Shown here one piece after another: positions 19,596 to 29,082 of a stretch of 64,000 nucleotides of DNA. Made by a program: the position numbers and the translations under genes. This stretch comes from Atopobiaceae bacterium (GTDB lineage: Bacteria > Actinomycetota > Coriobacteriia > Coriobacteriales > Atopobiaceae): NCBI GenBank assembly GCA_050953285.1, contig JBMNMK010000002.1, forward strand, positions 1,120,844-1,184,843, given 5' to 3'. The notes under the pieces were generated by a model. That model was not told where the DNA came from. It was given only the letters and a program-made list of their open reading frames with translations, and made no database searches. The stretch's first letter is position 1; each line of letters opens with the position of its first letter.

Positions 19596-20375
19596 CTAGA
19601 TGCGGCGCAGGCCTTCCCATGCCCACATAAGCAGTGGCGCGGGCAAGATCTTTCCCGCAATACGCATAATGAAGCCGCTGACACAACAGGTTGCAATGGG
19701 ATAGTTGATCTTGTTGATCATCATTGACCAGTGCACGACATGTTCAGGCGATAAGAGCGGTTGAGGGTGTTTGACCGTCTGACCGTTTTGCGTCATGCGC
19801 GCAACGTCGATGAACTCTGTTTTGATCCAGATAGGACACACAGCAGTGACCGAAATCTTTCTCCCGCGCAGCTCAAAGCGAAGCGCTCTGGTATAGCTTC
19901 TCACAAATGCCTTACTAGCTGCATAAACGTTAAGTCCAGGCAGTGGCTGGAAGCTGGCACTTGACGCAATCTGCAAGATTTTTCCGCCCGCATGCATGTA
20001 GTGAAGAGCAATCTGGGTGACTTCAACCAAGGCACGGCAGTTGATATCAATCATTGCATCAACCTCTTGAAGACCAATGTCTGCATACGTACCAAACTTT
20101 CCCAACCCGGCAGCATTGACGAGAAGACCTATCTCAAAAGGCCCCTTCTTAGCTGCATCTTCGAGCATATCGTTGAGGCGACGGATATCTTCTCCCGAAG
20201 AGAGATCCATCGTTACCGGAATAATCCTGTCGCCATACTTCTGCTGCAGCTCTACCAAGCGCTGTTTGCGGCGCGCAACAACCCATATCTCATCAAGCGA
20301 CGCATCATTGAGAGCTTGACGCACATACTCACGGCCCAATCCACTTGATGCTCCTGTAATCAGCGCAATCTTCAT
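19596..20375 (-). CDS. Short-chain dehydrogenase/reductase (SDR) family oxidoreductase
   Basis: TGASSGLG cofactor motif at the N-terminus and the YAASK catalytic motif. Confidence 0.9.
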   Translation of the reverse strand: MKIALITGASSGLGREYVRQALNDASLDEIWVVARRKQRLVELQQKYGDRIIPVTMDLSSGEDIRRLNDMLEDAAKKGPFEIGLLVNAAGLGKFGTYADIGLQEVDAMIDINCRALVEVTQIALHYMHAGGKILQIASSASFQPLPGLNVYAASKAFVRSYTRALRFELRGRKISVTAVCPIWIKTEFIDVARMTQNGQTVKHPQPLLSPEHVVHWSMMINKINYPIATCCVSGFIMRIAGKILPAPLLMWAWEGLRRI

Positions 20376-20515
20376 TGAGTCTTCCCTACATTGATGGCAT
20401 CTTCAATAGCTTCTGCAAGCTGGAGCGCTTGCTTTTTATTTTCCGTGATGATGGTGGCATCTTCTTCGCCGGTTAGAAAGTGAACTATGGCACACGGCCT
20501 GATGGAAGGTCCCGC

Positions 20516-20734
20516 TCAGCCAGAGCCACTCTGCGCAACGGAGCCTGCCTCAACCGATGCTATATCTTTCAGTCGTACATACGGATGAGCCAAGAAATCA
20601 AAACTGGCACGAAGATATATTCCCTGTTCACCAATTTTGGTATCTGCCACTTCCTGTGCAGACAAGAAATCCTTCTGCGCAATATCTATGGGAATCGTCG
20701 CGGTGGAGTGGAGTGGCTTAAATCTTCGCTTCAT
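20516..20734 (-). CDS. Hypothetical small protein; the ORF ends at a TGA but the frame stays open for 47 more codons up to the SDR start (see findings)
   Basis: The ATG at 20734 is preceded by GAGGAG 7 nt upstream, and the stop is TGA at 20516-20518. I recognise no domain. Confidence 0.5.
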   Translation of the reverse strand: MKRRFKPLHSTATIPIDIAQKDFLSAQEVADTKIGEQGIYLRASFDFLAHPYVRLKDIASVEAGSVAQSGSG

Positions 20735-20797
20735 CGTTAAACTCCTCAATATCACACATGCCATGCCTATATCACAACGTGTTGCGCGTGTGGGTGC

Positions 20798-21367
20798 TTA
20801 TTCTTCGTGTTCAATCACGTACGAGCCGACAATCTCTCCAAAAACCATGAGATGAGGATCTTTGTTAGACCCATACTCTGAGCTGTCTTTATCCTCTGGA
20901 TAGAAGTCTCTTTTGATCTCAGGGATATACAGCGCTGAATCTTCCACCTGACAATAGATAACGGTGCACTCAAGGGTAAGCGGGAGCTCAGCAATTCCAG
21001 GCACGTCTACATGCGTAGATGTAACCGGTGTCAGCTGTGCCATCTCAAACTTGTTCACTTCGTTACCGTGGTGCGTTCCACAGATGCCCATGATCTTGCG
21101 CGTTCTCTTCCTCTGCTCCTTTGTCTCATCAAGCGGTATGTTCACGGTAAACTCGGCATGCTTCTCAAGCATCTGTGCAGTGTACCTGCCCGTTCGAACG
21201 TATGCCTCAAAAACAGGTCGTGACCAGTTGGTACCCATTGTTCCCCACCCTATGGTCATGGTGTTCAACTCATCTTGAGCTTGTGTAGTCAATAAGACCC
21301 CCTGAGGAATTGCACGCAGAATTTGAGCACTGTAATCGAGAAAATCAACTGGTCGTTGTGTATACAT
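20798..21367 (-). CDS. Flavin reductase-like (FMN-binding split-barrel) protein
   Basis: LLTTQAQDELNTMTIGWGTMG resembles flavin reductase/flavoredoxin domains. The ATG at 21367 follows GAGGAGG. Confidence 0.75.
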   Translation of the reverse strand: MYTQRPVDFLDYSAQILRAIPQGVLLTTQAQDELNTMTIGWGTMGTNWSRPVFEAYVRTGRYTAQMLEKHAEFTVNIPLDETKEQRKRTRKIMGICGTHHGNEVNKFEMAQLTPVTSTHVDVPGIAELPLTLECTVIYCQVEDSALYIPEIKRDFYPEDKDSSEYGSNKDPHLMVFGEIVGSYVIEHEE

Positions 21368-21529
21368 AGTGCCTCCTCGCCTGCCGCACCTCTGCACGGT
21401 CGGCATGATATTTACTACTAATCTACCCACATATCTTGTATGTGCTTTCACGTAGAAGTATGCTCCACATTTTCACATCCTGCTTACGCTATGCTTCTTA
21501 AAAACGCTGTATGTCTCATAGGAGATGAG

Positions 21530-22690
21530 ATGAAGCCCTGTCCACATGTCCTCATAGCTTCAGACTCTTATAAAGGTTCTGCCACATCACCAGAGGTCAA
21601 TAACCTTCTTGCGAAAGGAGTTCTGCGCGTATTTCCCCACGCTCATATCACTCAACTTATGCTAGCAGATGGTGGAGAAGGCACCGTGCAGGCATGTGCA
21701 CAGTCAAGAGATAGCGTCATGTGTCATGCTGTTATACAAGGCCCTTTAGGAAACGCTATTGACGCAACATATGTGCTTGTTGACCAGGGTAGGACTGCCG
21801 TTATTGAAGTTGCTTCCGCTGTGGGTATTACGCTTGTTACCACCTCCCAAGAACATGCTTTACACGCATCTTCTTACGGCGTGGGACAACTCATACAAGA
21901 TGCCCTCAACAAGGGAGTTACAAAGATCTATGTAGGGCTTGGTGGCAGTGTTACCACCGACGGTGGCACCGGCATGGCACGAGCTCTTGGTGCACGCTTT
22001 CTTGATGAGTACGGAAAAGACGTTGAAGCTGGGGTGACGGGTCTTAGACACATAGCACACATTGACCTATCTCATCTTGATACGCGCATAAACGACGTCG
22101 ATGTTATTGGTCTTACGGATGTGGAAAACCCGCTCTGCGGGCCTTGTGGTGCAGCCTTGATGTTTGGCGAGCAAAAAGGCATACCACAAGCCATGCTTTC
22201 TGAGGTTGACACCTGGATGAGCTCATATAGCACCTGCTTAGAGCAGACGCTTATGCGCTCACTTTCCTCCGTGCCTGGAACAGGAGCTGCTGGTGGCCTT
22301 GGCTTTGGGCTTTTGGCATATACTCACGCCAAACTCACACGCGGCATAGATTTTCTCCTTGATGCCCTTAACATAGATGATCACCTCACCGATTGCGATT
22401 TTGTTCTCACTGGTGAGGGCAGAATGGATGCACAGACTGCCCTCGGAAAAGTTCCTGCCGGTGTTGCGGCGCATTGCAAGAAGTTCAATATTCCCGCCAT
22501 AGCAATCGTGGGCAGCCGGTCAGAAGATGTGGGATCTATTTATGAAAATGGAATAGACCTAATCATCCCTGCCATTATTACCCCCACAACCTTAGAGGAC
22601 TGTATGCAGAAGACGCACCAAATGCTTCCTCTTGCCGCAGAGACCGCAGCACGTGCGGTTGCTATGGCCCATAAGCTGCAACGCATATAG
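21530..22690 (+). CDS. Glycerate kinase
   Basis: SDSYKGSATS, LADGGEGTV, GLGGSVTTDGGTGM and LTGEGRMDAQT motifs. The ATG at 21530 follows AGGAG. Confidence 0.9.
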   Translation: MKPCPHVLIASDSYKGSATSPEVNNLLAKGVLRVFPHAHITQLMLADGGEGTVQACAQSRDSVMCHAVIQGPLGNAIDATYVLVDQGRTAVIEVASAVGITLVTTSQEHALHASSYGVGQLIQDALNKGVTKIYVGLGGSVTTDGGTGMARALGARFLDEYGKDVEAGVTGLRHIAHIDLSHLDTRINDVDVIGLTDVENPLCGPCGAALMFGEQKGIPQAMLSEVDTWMSSYSTCLEQTLMRSLSSVPGTGAAGGLGFGLLAYTHAKLTRGIDFLLDALNIDDHLTDCDFVLTGEGRMDAQTALGKVPAGVAAHCKKFNIPAIAIVGSRSEDVGSIYENGIDLIIPAIITPTTLEDCMQKTHQMLPLAAETAARAVAMAHKLQRI

Positions 22691-22704
22691 AAACGCACAC
22701 CCAA

Positions 22705-22740
22705 ACGTGCCTTTGGGAACGCATGTCCCCAAAGGCACGT
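22705..22740. terminator. Bidirectional hairpin terminator
   Basis: ACGTGCCTTTGGG-aacgcatgtc-CCCAAAGGCACGT has a perfect 13-bp stem. It lies between the convergent glycerate kinase and adhesin genes. Confidence 0.7.
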
Positions 22741-22745
22741 AGATC

Positions 22746-25739
22746 TTAGGAGTGATGCCGCTTCTTTCTGAGAGCGGCAGCCCCTGCCAGTGAGAGCGAC
22801 GATATAGCCGCTACGGAGTAGTGCAGAGGATAATCACCTGTTGAAGGCAGGAGCGGTTGTTCTTCTTTACGTGGAGGCTTGGGCTCATCCACCATGACAG
22901 ACTGCCGCTCATCATCGAGGTCTGCATGTTCTGCCACAAGACGCCCATCTCTACACAGAGCCTCAGTGCACACGAGGCGCCTACCTGCCAACTCACGCGC
23001 ATCCACTTCAAACATCACATCGACACTTCCTTGGCTCTTCTCGGGAGCAACATCAATCTGCTTCTCATCCAACACTTCATTGGTTTGCGAATCAACAAGC
23101 TGTCCTTTAAGGACGTAGTGCTCGTGAGGAATCACGTTCTCATACGTCACCGTATCGACAATGCTTTGGTGATCTTCGGGCGAGAGGTTCTTATCGCCAT
23201 CAAGACCATCTTGTGCTGAGGTGCTGACCTTTGGGAACCAGATGGTTTGCGCATCATCATCAATGTCTGCATGAACCGCGTATTCTTTGCCCTCGCGCGT
23301 CAGTGACTCAAATGCCACGACGGTCTTTCCCACAAGAAGTGATCCATCAAATTTGAAGGTAACGCTCACCTCGCCGGAAGAGTTTTCGGGCGTAAAATCG
23401 CAGGTTGCCGTAATCTTTCCCTGGGGACTTTCTGCGGGTTGTCCCGTATCTTTGTCCATGAGTGTGCCGGTGACGGTATAGCTTTGGTGGGGAATGAGGT
23501 TTTCAAAGTGGACAGTGTCGTTGATGGTGACCTCCTTTGTTGCGGCTACATCTTGTGAGACTCCGTCTTCTGCGCGCGCCTCAGTTTTGATTTGAGGGAT
23601 ATATACGGTCTGCGCATCATCGGCAATATCAGCATGACTTGCCACAACTTGTCCATCTTCAAGGAGCTGCTCAAATACCACCAGCTGGTGGCCCGCGAGT
23701 TCTTGAGCATCAAACGTGAGGCGTACCTTCTGCTCTCCGGTGCTCAAACGCGCGACAAAGCTCAACTCTGCGCTCACGCTCTTTCCCGCTGTATCAGTGA
23801 GAGCTTTTCCGGTCTCTTTGTCCATAAGATCAGCGTGCAAGGTATAGCGCGTACCTGGCGTGAGATTCTCATAGGACACGGTATCGATCACAACTGCCTG
23901 CTCATGGGCGGCTACAAGTTTTTCTCCAGACTCATCCGTGGCCCGTGTCTCAATGCGAGGACCTTGTGCATCGGTGAGCGTGCCACCGTTGACCTGCTGC
24001 TTATCTCTGTCCACGACAATCTCAAAGCGTGCCAGTTTAAGCCCTTTGTTGACATCACACCTGAGTTCCTGAACAAGATAGGTGTCATACGGGAGCGCAC
24101 CCAGACGATCAGACGCCGTACTTGGTTTATCTTTTGATCCAGAAAACCACACGCCTCCTGTACGTGTCAATTTGGATGAATCTACAACGCCGTCCTTATA
24201 TGCTGCATCAAGTGCGTTGGTGTCACGCGTGTGGGGGATATTTTCTGCAGACGTATCCACAAGTCCGTTAGCATCACTCACCACCACATGGGACTCGCCT
24301 GTTGTCTTGGATGTTATGAGAAATGCCACGTTTCCCAGGCGCGCTTGTGTCTCACCAGCAATCTTTACAAAACCCAGATCACCGCGCATGACTTGGTCTT
24401 TGATAGTGGGCACCTGATAGGTACGTACCGTTTCCGCACTACCTTGAGACGTGATATGCACCACCGTTGGTGTCGTGTTTTTCACATAGCCGACAGGTGC
24501 TTTGACCTCCGTGATAACAAGCGTTCCTAACGGGAGGCCAACATTTCCTGCGCTATCTTTATAGAGCGCATCTCCCGTAGCATTTACAAGGCGAGCTGTG
24601 CCGTTCTTATCAGTCGTTACCTGCCATGTCTTTGCTGCATCTGTTGGCAAATTTGAAGCATCATAGGTGCCTGCATAGAACTTGAGCTCAAACTGAGCGC
24701 CTGAGAGTGCTGCCGCACCGCGCGCGGATGGTTCTCCCGATTCCGCATCAACTTTTTTGAGGACGATGTCTATTGGATTTATCTGCGGCACATCTGATGC
24801 CTCATAAGAGGTCATGCTGCCCGCATTCACTTCAACCTTTCTCACAGAGGAGTTGAGTGCAAAGCCCAAAGGAGCTTTGGTCTCCTTGATCCAATAGCTA
24901 CCCTGTACGAGCCCTTCCACCGAGCCTCTACCCTGCCGGTCGGTCGTGATCTGAGCTGCCTGCTTGGTACATGCCTCATCCTGATAAATAGTGAAGATTG
25001 CACCAGCTAATGAGTAGTTGGCATTGTTATTGCTTACCGCTTCATTTGTTGACTTCTTTACGAGAGAAATGCCTCCTGTTGCCATAACCTCCACGATATT
25101 CTGCATATTGCCAATGGGCGAATACCAGATTTTGCTTGCCTTATCCCACGGCCCTGCCTGACCTTTATGATTGTTTGCTTCTGCCACGAGCTCTTGTATC
25201 TTTTGTGCATCCTCCCTAACGCAGCGGCCACCGCGACCCTCATAGAGGTTGCTATCCATACCGTTGATCTTCAATAGGCCAGACTCCCAATCAACTTCTG
25301 CCCCCAAATAGATCCGGATAGCTGCAACGATCGAAGCGTCTTTCCGCACAAACCCACGAGGATTATTGCCGGCAGATACATACACCAAATACGCCATCCC
25401 ATGAGGCTCCCACTCAACCCCTTGAGCCTCACCCATATAATCCCAGCGGTAGAATGACTCCCCCACGGGGTGCCTGAGTCCTGGAGAGACACAGTAGACC
25501 GACGTGCCAAGATTTGATTCCATGCGGAAATAACCCCATGGATCGACATCTGAGCTTACGACCGTAAGCTGTCCTTCCTGCGCATAGGCAATCTGAGGCA
25601 TGATGCCTATAACCTCTTGAAACATGAGGCTCACAACAAAAAGGAGTGACACAAACTTTTTGATTCTCAATTTGGCATGTCTTGCGAGGCCCTTCTTCCA
25701 ATCACGTCTATGCTTTGGCCTATATCCACTCTTAACCAT
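22746..25739 (-). CDS. LPXTG-anchored surface protein: N-terminal adhesin-like domain, CnaB/SpaA-type domains and three Thr-Gln ester-bond (VaFE-type) repeats
   Basis: It has a signal peptide and a C-terminal LPSTG motif followed by a hydrophobic stretch and RKKRHHS. CnaB-like segments include GAIFTIYQD...YWIKETKAPLGF and GAQFELK...ITEVKAPVGY. Three repeats end in HxDxxDxxQ. Confidence 0.85.
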   Translation of the reverse strand: MVKSGYRPKHRRDWKKGLARHAKLRIKKFVSLLFVVSLMFQEVIGIMPQIAYAQEGQLTVVSSDVDPWGYFRMESNLGTSVYCVSPGLRHPVGESFYRWDYMGEAQGVEWEPHGMAYLVYVSAGNNPRGFVRKDASIVAAIRIYLGAEVDWESGLLKINGMDSNLYEGRGGRCVREDAQKIQELVAEANNHKGQAGPWDKASKIWYSPIGNMQNIVEVMATGGISLVKKSTNEAVSNNNANYSLAGAIFTIYQDEACTKQAAQITTDRQGRGSVEGLVQGSYWIKETKAPLGFALNSSVRKVEVNAGSMTSYEASDVPQINPIDIVLKKVDAESGEPSARGAAALSGAQFELKFYAGTYDASNLPTDAAKTWQVTTDKNGTARLVNATGDALYKDSAGNVGLPLGTLVITEVKAPVGYVKNTTPTVVHITSQGSAETVRTYQVPTIKDQVMRGDLGFVKIAGETQARLGNVAFLITSKTTGESHVVVSDANGLVDTSAENIPHTRDTNALDAAYKDGVVDSSKLTRTGGVWFSGSKDKPSTASDRLGALPYDTYLVQELRCDVNKGLKLARFEIVVDRDKQQVNGGTLTDAQGPRIETRATDESGEKLVAAHEQAVVIDTVSYENLTPGTRYTLHADLMDKETGKALTDTAGKSVSAELSFVARLSTGEQKVRLTFDAQELAGHQLVVFEQLLEDGQVVASHADIADDAQTVYIPQIKTEARAEDGVSQDVAATKEVTINDTVHFENLIPHQSYTVTGTLMDKDTGQPAESPQGKITATCDFTPENSSGEVSVTFKFDGSLLVGKTVVAFESLTREGKEYAVHADIDDDAQTIWFPKVSTSAQDGLDGDKNLSPEDHQSIVDTVTYENVIPHEHYVLKGQLVDSQTNEVLDEKQIDVAPEKSQGSVDVMFEVDARELAGRRLVCTEALCRDGRLVAEHADLDDERQSVMVDEPKPPRKEEQPLLPSTGDYPLHYSVAAISSLSLAGAAALRKKRHHS
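22887..23963 (-). repeat. Three tandem coding repeats (115-123 aa each) of the ester-bond domain
   Basis: Repeat ends are HADIADDAQTVYIP, HADIDDDAQTIWFP and HADLDDERQSVMVD. Shared cores are DTV(S/H/T)(Y/F)ENL/V.P and VV(A)FE / LVCTE. Boundaries come from codon counting and are approximate. Confidence 0.75.
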
Positions 25740-26000
25740 CTAAGCTCCTCTCAAACGTGCGACTGAACAGTCCGTACGTCTGATAATGAAGAGCTCAGAG
25801 CCCACGTCTGGCAGCAAAAGCAAATACAGCCCGCACCGTCTCGCACCAAACTGGCACCAATCTAACCAAACCGCGCAAAGGCCAAGCTCAGTGTGATGCC
25901 ACGCGCGTACTACCTACCAGACGGGTTTTGTGCTCTTCCGTGTTGTGCAAAAATGCGAGAAACCATTTTCACCGTGAGGCTCATTGCATTGGAGATACAC

Positions 26001-27710
26001 ATGCAGCAGATCTCGACCGATGTACTTGTAATAGGATCAGGCCTTTCAGGGCTGAGCGCGTGCATTACCGCCAGACGTGCCAACAAAAGTGCCACCATAC
26101 TCAGCACTCAAGCCATCTGTTCTGGCTCAAGCTTTTCTCACAAGACCTGGGGACTTGGCTTTGTCACTCCAGGAAAGCTTGGTCCAGAAGATCTTGCCCG
26201 CACAATTGAGCAGACAGGAGGCCATATTAACAACCCAGAACTCACGCGCACGCTCGTGGACCATGCAGAGGATGCGGCGGCGTTCCTGGAGTCTTTTGGC
26301 CCCACGCTCGAGCGACCCCACAATCCAAACCAGAAAGAATTCATCCCCTGTTTTGATACCCACATACGGTCTTGGCACGGCTATAGGCCGCACGCCTTTG
26401 CAGCACCTTTGCGTGCCGAGCTGCAGGCACTCAAAGATGCCGGCCAAAAATCAAACGAAGAGCTCTCCCACACGCATGTGCTGTCACTTCTCAAAGACCA
26501 GACAGGACGCGTCTCAGGTGCCTTTGCGCTCGACAAAAATGCAGAGCCACTGCTCATTTTGGCTGGTAGTGTCATTATTGCGTCAGGTGGCTATGCGGCG
26601 CTCTGGCAACACCATCTCTGTGCGAATGAGTGCAGAGGAACCATGCATACCCTCGCGCTCGACGCGGGCGCACGCTGCACCAACCTGGAGTTCGTGCAGC
26701 TCATGTTTGAAGCGTCAGCGCACGAAGCCAAGGCCGTCCACAATGAAAAAGCCTTCAGTTGGACACACATCATCGACGCCACAACGGGCGCATCCATTTT
26801 TGATGAACTGGGTATCCCCGCGCAAAAAGCCGAGCAAGCGCTCAACATTCACGCAGGTCATGGGCCCTTTACGGCACGGCTCGACAGCAGACTGGTTGAG
26901 ACCAGCGTGGCTCTATTCAAAAAGCGCTATCCCCAAAGGCACGTCGTGGCAACGCTTGACCACCAACTTCTCACCCAAGGCGAGAAGCCCGAGTTCATAG
27001 AAGCGTATCTCAACTGGCTGCAATCTGCGCTCTCCGTCAGTGCCAATACGCCCCTGACGCTGCACGAATGTGCCCACTCCTGCAACGGCGGCATCCAGAT
27101 TGACACCTCCGGCCGCACGCGTGTGCCGGGGCTCTATGCCTCCGGCGAGGCAGCAGGCGGCGTTCACGGCGCAGACAGAATTGGTGGCCTCGCAAGCGTT
27201 ACGGCAACGGTTTTTGGCAGAATTGCAGGTGAGACGGCAGCTGCTGAAGCGTCTCCATCTGACACTGACGAGGCCGCCCTTGAGCTGGCCTCCCCCATCG
27301 TTATCCCGTCGGCATCAGGCATTTCTCGTCCACATGCGGCGCAAAGCTATGAGGCGCGGGCGCAGGAGCTAGGAGATGTGCTGGATGAATTTTGCTTGGT
27401 GCTCAGAAATGATGCGGGACTCGCGTTGGCTGAGCAGCGGATTCACAATATGTGTGATGAAACTGTTGCGCAGTCGCATATATTTTCTTCTTTATCTGAC
27501 ACACTCCAGGCCCTAGACCGGGGCGATAAGGGCTTCAACCTTAGGCTTCTTGCCGCAAATGAGCTCTACTCCAGCCTGCGTCTGGCGCGGAGCGTAGTGC
27601 ACGCAATGCGCGAGCGCACAGAATCTCGTGGCAGTCATATGCGGGAGGACTTCCCCGAGACTGACCCTGCGTGGGCACATGCGTCTCTCAGTTGGTTTGA
27701 GGAGTCGTGA
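26001..27710 (+). CDS. FAD-dependent oxidoreductase of the fumarate reductase / L-aspartate oxidase flavoprotein family
   Basis: N-terminal dinucleotide fold DVLVIGSGLSGLSA, plus the SGEAAGGVHGADRIGG and ESRGSHMREDFPE motifs typical of this family. Confidence 0.8.
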   Translation: MQQISTDVLVIGSGLSGLSACITARRANKSATILSTQAICSGSSFSHKTWGLGFVTPGKLGPEDLARTIEQTGGHINNPELTRTLVDHAEDAAAFLESFGPTLERPHNPNQKEFIPCFDTHIRSWHGYRPHAFAAPLRAELQALKDAGQKSNEELSHTHVLSLLKDQTGRVSGAFALDKNAEPLLILAGSVIIASGGYAALWQHHLCANECRGTMHTLALDAGARCTNLEFVQLMFEASAHEAKAVHNEKAFSWTHIIDATTGASIFDELGIPAQKAEQALNIHAGHGPFTARLDSRLVETSVALFKKRYPQRHVVATLDHQLLTQGEKPEFIEAYLNWLQSALSVSANTPLTLHECAHSCNGGIQIDTSGRTRVPGLYASGEAAGGVHGADRIGGLASVTATVFGRIAGETAAAEASPSDTDEAALELASPIVIPSASGISRPHAAQSYEARAQELGDVLDEFCLVLRNDAGLALAEQRIHNMCDETVAQSHIFSSLSDTLQALDRGDKGFNLRLLAANELYSSLRLARSVVHAMRERTESRGSHMREDFPETDPAWAHASLSWFEES

Positions 27711-27752
27711 TATTTGGGTACGTATGTCTTGTTGTCAATTTTGGAGAGACCT

Positions 27753-29072
27753 ATGCTTACTCAAAAAGAGATGCTTGAGCTTCTACATGCTGATGTTGTG
27801 CCAGCCATTGGCTGTACTGAACCTGCGTGCGTGGCGCTTGCGGTAGCAGACGCCGCCAAAACGGCAGAGCTTGCGCCCCATGAGATAGATACCGTTGAAG
27901 TAGAGGTATCCCCCAGCATCTATAAAAACGGGATGTCTGTGGCAATTCCTGGATATCCGGAGCTCGGACTGGACAAGGCAGCAGCAATTGGTGCTGTGGT
28001 TGCGCGCCCTGAGTGCGGGCTCGAAATATTTGGCGAACTCAACGACGAGCGCGCACATGAGGTTCGCGCGTTTCTGGCCAAGAAGCGTGTGGTAGTGAGA
28101 CTCGCCGACGGAGAGCGCGGCGTATTTGTGCATGCCCGCGTGACCGGGAGCGCCAAAACAGCTGCAAAAACCACAGAGGCCACGTGCACTATCCAGGGAG
28201 CCCACACGCGCGTCGTCGAAAGAACCCGCAACCACACAGTTCTTGAGCTTGCGCACTCACCAGCTACTGCCGCCGGAAGCGGACTGGAGCAAAAACTCTT
28301 TGACATGAAGATTTCTGACATCGTGCAGCTTGTGCGAGAAACCCCTGCACAAGAACTTGCATTTCTGATGCAGGGAGTCACCATGAACCAGCAGGCGTCA
28401 GACTTTGGCGTGACACACACGGTCGGCGTGGGTATATCCCATGCGCTCACCAGCTCGCAAGAAAAGGTTCTTCTCGGCGATAACCTCATGGCACGCATCA
28501 CCCAAAAGGTAGCCTCGGCCACCGAAGCGCGCCTCGGCGGTGGCGTTATACCCTGTATGAGCAGCAGTGGAGCCGGAACCAAAGGGCTTGCAGTCATTTT
28601 GCCGACAGTAGAGCTTGCTCACGAGATGGGCTCTTCAACAGAAGAGCTTACCCGCGCTTTGGCCATAGGGCATCTCGTCAACCGCTACATCAACCTGCAT
28701 GTGGGAAAGCTGGCGGCCATCTGCACCTGTGTTATGGCTTCTTCCACAGGCGCAAGTGCGGCCATGGCCTATCTTTTGGGAGCCAATGCAGAACAGATTG
28801 GATATGCCATCCGCAATATGTGTGGAACCGTAACGGGCATGATCTGCGACGGCGGCAAGGTAGGATGCGCCCTCAAGGTTTCTATAGGGTCTCTTGCTGC
28901 GCTCAACTGCGCCTATCTTGCGGCGCAGAACGTGACACTTTCGGTCACAGACGGCATCTTGGCAACCACTCCAGAAGCGTGCATTGATAACGTAGGCCGC
29001 ATTGCCAACCCTGGCATGCTGGCAACCGACAAGGAGATTCTTGCCATCATGAGGGAAAAATCTGAGTCATAA
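27753..29072 (+). CDS. L-cysteine desulfidase family protein (UPF0597 / YhaM-like, serine dehydratase alpha-like fold)
   Basis: The N-terminal VVPAIGCTEPACVALAVA motif is characteristic of the family. The ATG at 27753 follows GGAGAG. Confidence 0.7.
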   Translation: MLTQKEMLELLHADVVPAIGCTEPACVALAVADAAKTAELAPHEIDTVEVEVSPSIYKNGMSVAIPGYPELGLDKAAAIGAVVARPECGLEIFGELNDERAHEVRAFLAKKRVVVRLADGERGVFVHARVTGSAKTAAKTTEATCTIQGAHTRVVERTRNHTVLELAHSPATAAGSGLEQKLFDMKISDIVQLVRETPAQELAFLMQGVTMNQQASDFGVTHTVGVGISHALTSSQEKVLLGDNLMARITQKVASATEARLGGGVIPCMSSSGAGTKGLAVILPTVELAHEMGSSTEELTRALAIGHLVNRYINLHVGKLAAICTCVMASSTGASAAMAYLLGANAEQIGYAIRNMCGTVTGMICDGGKVGCALKVSIGSLAALNCAYLAAQNVTLSVTDGILATTPEACIDNVGRIANPGMLATDKEILAIMREKSES

Positions 29073-29082
29073 ACCGTACAGT

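Noticed and set aside
20470-20518. SECIS-like hairpin downstream of the in-frame TGA in the small gene upstream of the SDR.
   Set aside because: Only 3-4-bp stems are available (for example GGC-CGUGU-GCC). Nothing resembles the extended stem-loop with an apical G/U loop seen in bacterial SECIS elements. Selenocysteine is therefore not called, only flagged.
25480-25500. Thioester (TED) domain call for the adhesin N-terminus, based on the YCV cysteine.
   Set aside because: I could not identify the partner TQxA(I/V)W glutamine motif, so the TED assignment is left as a hypothesis in the findings and is not annotated.
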